Shown piece by piece: positions 51,363-53,494 of a stretch of DNA of 53,494 nucleotides. The DNA lies in assembly GCF_001194135.2 (NCBI RefSeq), contig NC_068993.1:58094247-58147740 (forward strand). Reading direction: 5' to 3'. The position numbers and the translations under genes are program-made. The first letter of the stretch is position 1, and each line of letters starts with the position of its first letter. The notes below the pieces were generated by a model. It ran no database searches, was not told where the DNA came from, and saw nothing but the letters and a program-made list of their open reading frames with translations. Source of the stretch: Octopus bimaculoides (taxonomy: Eukaryota).

Positions 51363-51682
51363 GAAACCGGGTATTGTGGGTGTTTATTGAGCGAAAAGAC
51401 CTAAAGCTCCATGAGGCTCCGGCAGGGGATGGTGGCGAACCCTGCTGTACTCTTTCACCACAACTTTCTCTCACTCTTACTTCCTGTTTCTCTTGTGCCT
51501 GTAATTCAAAGGGTCAACCTTGTCATACTGTGTCACGCGGAATATCCCCGAGAACTACGTTAAGGGTACACATGTCTGTGGAGTGCTCAGCCGCTTGCAC
51601 GTTAATTTCACGAGCAGGCTGTTCCGTTGATCGGATCAACCGGAACCCTCGACGTCGTAATCGACGGAGTGCCAACAACAAC
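51363..51682 (+). mobile_element. Chimeric SINE: family C body with family D tail and (CAA)n end; head missing
   Basis: 51363-51491 matches the reverse complement of 7851-7975; 51495-51682 matches the reverse complement of 39692-39875. Confidence 0.85.
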
Positions 51683-52574
51683 AGGACGTTATTTTATCCT
51701 TTCTAAATATGTCTTACCTTAAAACATGACAGCACATATATAAAAAAAAAGGATGAGTATAATAGATTAAGTTGACCCCGTTTATAACAAGCTCATATTT
51801 TGTGGATTACAGTCGGATGAATGTTTAGTTCGAATTCCAATAAAATACGGACACATCAACATTAGATACGTTAAGGTTGAAAGTAACTACTGATCAACAA
51901 ATAACGGAACATCATATACCCACGTATAATATACGCCACACATGCTCCATGATGCATGTTTTAGAATCAGTTTAGTATAATCGGTCTGTGTATGCTAAAA
52001 TTAGTCTTCAGAGATTTGCTGGTTTAGGGATACATATTGTAGTAACAAGAAAATGAAAATTATAAAATAATCATACACCCCTGCCGACGCGTGTAGATTA
52101 AAATAAAACTCAAAAATTGTTAGAGATATGCATAGCAGTGGGAGTCTGATTTCTGATATAAAGTGAAATGTATACGGACATAGTTTGTTTCAATCTTATC
52201 AGACCTCCTAAGCAAAACACGGCCTTAGGGTTCTCACATAGTTACGTACAGTTCGAACACCATTTTAAGTATTTACTACGAGTAGTCTGAAAATGTTGTT
52301 TTCATAAATTTCTAATCAATTTAAATTTAGATCGGCAATGTCTACTCTGCTTTTAATTAGCAAAATTGACAATTATGTTAATACTTCTTTCTCGTCATTA
52401 TTGGTAATATTATAACTAATTAAATTATCCTGGCGTGTATTTTAACATATGATCTTCTACCTATCTATCTATCTATCTATATATTTTTTCTGTCGAATGG
52501 GATTGCGCATGCGTGTTCGTGCATGTGGGAGTGTGTGTGTGTGTGCATTGTATTCACTTCATTTCATGTTGCTA

Positions 52575-52704
52575 CAGTATTCTTTCGATCAAGGAAGGGA
52601 CGTCGGCCTGCTCACCTAGCGAGTGCTGTGGTATCGTTCGATGGCTAAAACCATGCAAAGCGCAATGTGACCAGCAATGTGTAACAAAATGGTAGTCACA
52701 TGTT

Positions 52705-52712
<8 letters not shown>
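52575..52712. mobile_element. Probable interspersed repeat fragment, unclassified
   Basis: GC-richer block directly followed by (TA)n/(TAGA)n; resembles an octopus repeat as I recall it, with no full second copy here. Confidence 0.3.
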
Positions 52713-52745
<33 letters not shown>

Positions 52746-53189
52746 TAGATAGATAGATAGATGTTTGAGAGAGGCAGATTTTGCTGTTATATCTTAAAAA
52801 ATAAACGGCCAGGCAGAAGGAAGCGTCATTAACATGTTTGTCTGTCTGATTAATTAGTGTTAAGGTACCATGCGTTATTTTTGCTTTGATTCAATTAAAA
52901 ATTAAAACATTTTGTCCACTAATTTGTGCACAATTTGGGTTGTACAAAAATAACCAAACTTAGAAATATATATATGTATGTATATATATATGATAAAAAC
53001 GGATCAAAGTAAAAACAACATGATAGACATTTCAATATTGGCTTCAGATAAATGTATATTCGGAACTGAAAAAAAATATATAAGAAAACAGCCGAGTGGA
53101 CACAAAGAAAGAGCTACACAATGAAAATTATATATAGCTGAGCGTATGTGTGTGTAAACGACGTCTGTATCTGATTCATGTATGTATAC

Positions 53190-53224
<35 letters not shown>

Positions 53225-53494
53225 CATGCATATATATGGATGTGTGTGTGTATACATATACGTTACATAATGTATATTTACGTATAACACACGTGTACTC
53301 TCGTAAGTACATATTATAGTTAAGAAGGTATATACATACAAACACATAAGTAACGATATATATCTATGTGTGTGTGGGCATAAATAAATATATATATATA
53401 TATGTATATATATATACACACACATATATGTATGTATAGATATATATGTGTATGTAAGATTGCAAAAGAAACAAGATAATCGATAATGGCAATG

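Noticed and set aside
1-53494. CRISPR arrays, rRNA, prokaryotic operons
   Set aside because: No repeat-spacer periodicity, rRNA-like sequence or gene-dense coding DNA; the sequence is eukaryotic and repeat-rich.

Overview
AT-rich, microsatellite-saturated eukaryotic scaffold with about 22 N-gaps (~6.4 kb, ~12%), most flanked by (TA)n, (CA)n or (CT)n tracts. The repeat content resembles an octopus (coleoid cephalopod) genome; this is inference from the SINE families and simple-repeat load, not a database match. I find no confidently supported protein-coding gene: almost every ORF in the supplied track is a simple-repeat or N-gap artefact. The window is best read as intronic or intergenic DNA holding ~30 copies or fragments of five tRNA-headed SINE types (my labels A, B, C, D, H), two mariner relics, one Tc1-like MITE and probable LINE debris. 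The main finding is SINE-H (27850-28237, second partial copy 30591-30682). It joins a Pol III tRNA-like head, an (AAT)n spacer and a minimal type I hammerhead-ribozyme motif with a palindromic helix III, the form associated with Penelope-like retroelements. Secondary findings: module swapping among SINE C/D copies, a head-to-head SINE-B pair that could form ~400 nt of dsRNA, a strong minus-strand bias of SINEs, a speculative phase-compatible chain of small plus-strand exons reading like a prepropeptide, and a candidate CCAAT/octamer promoter.
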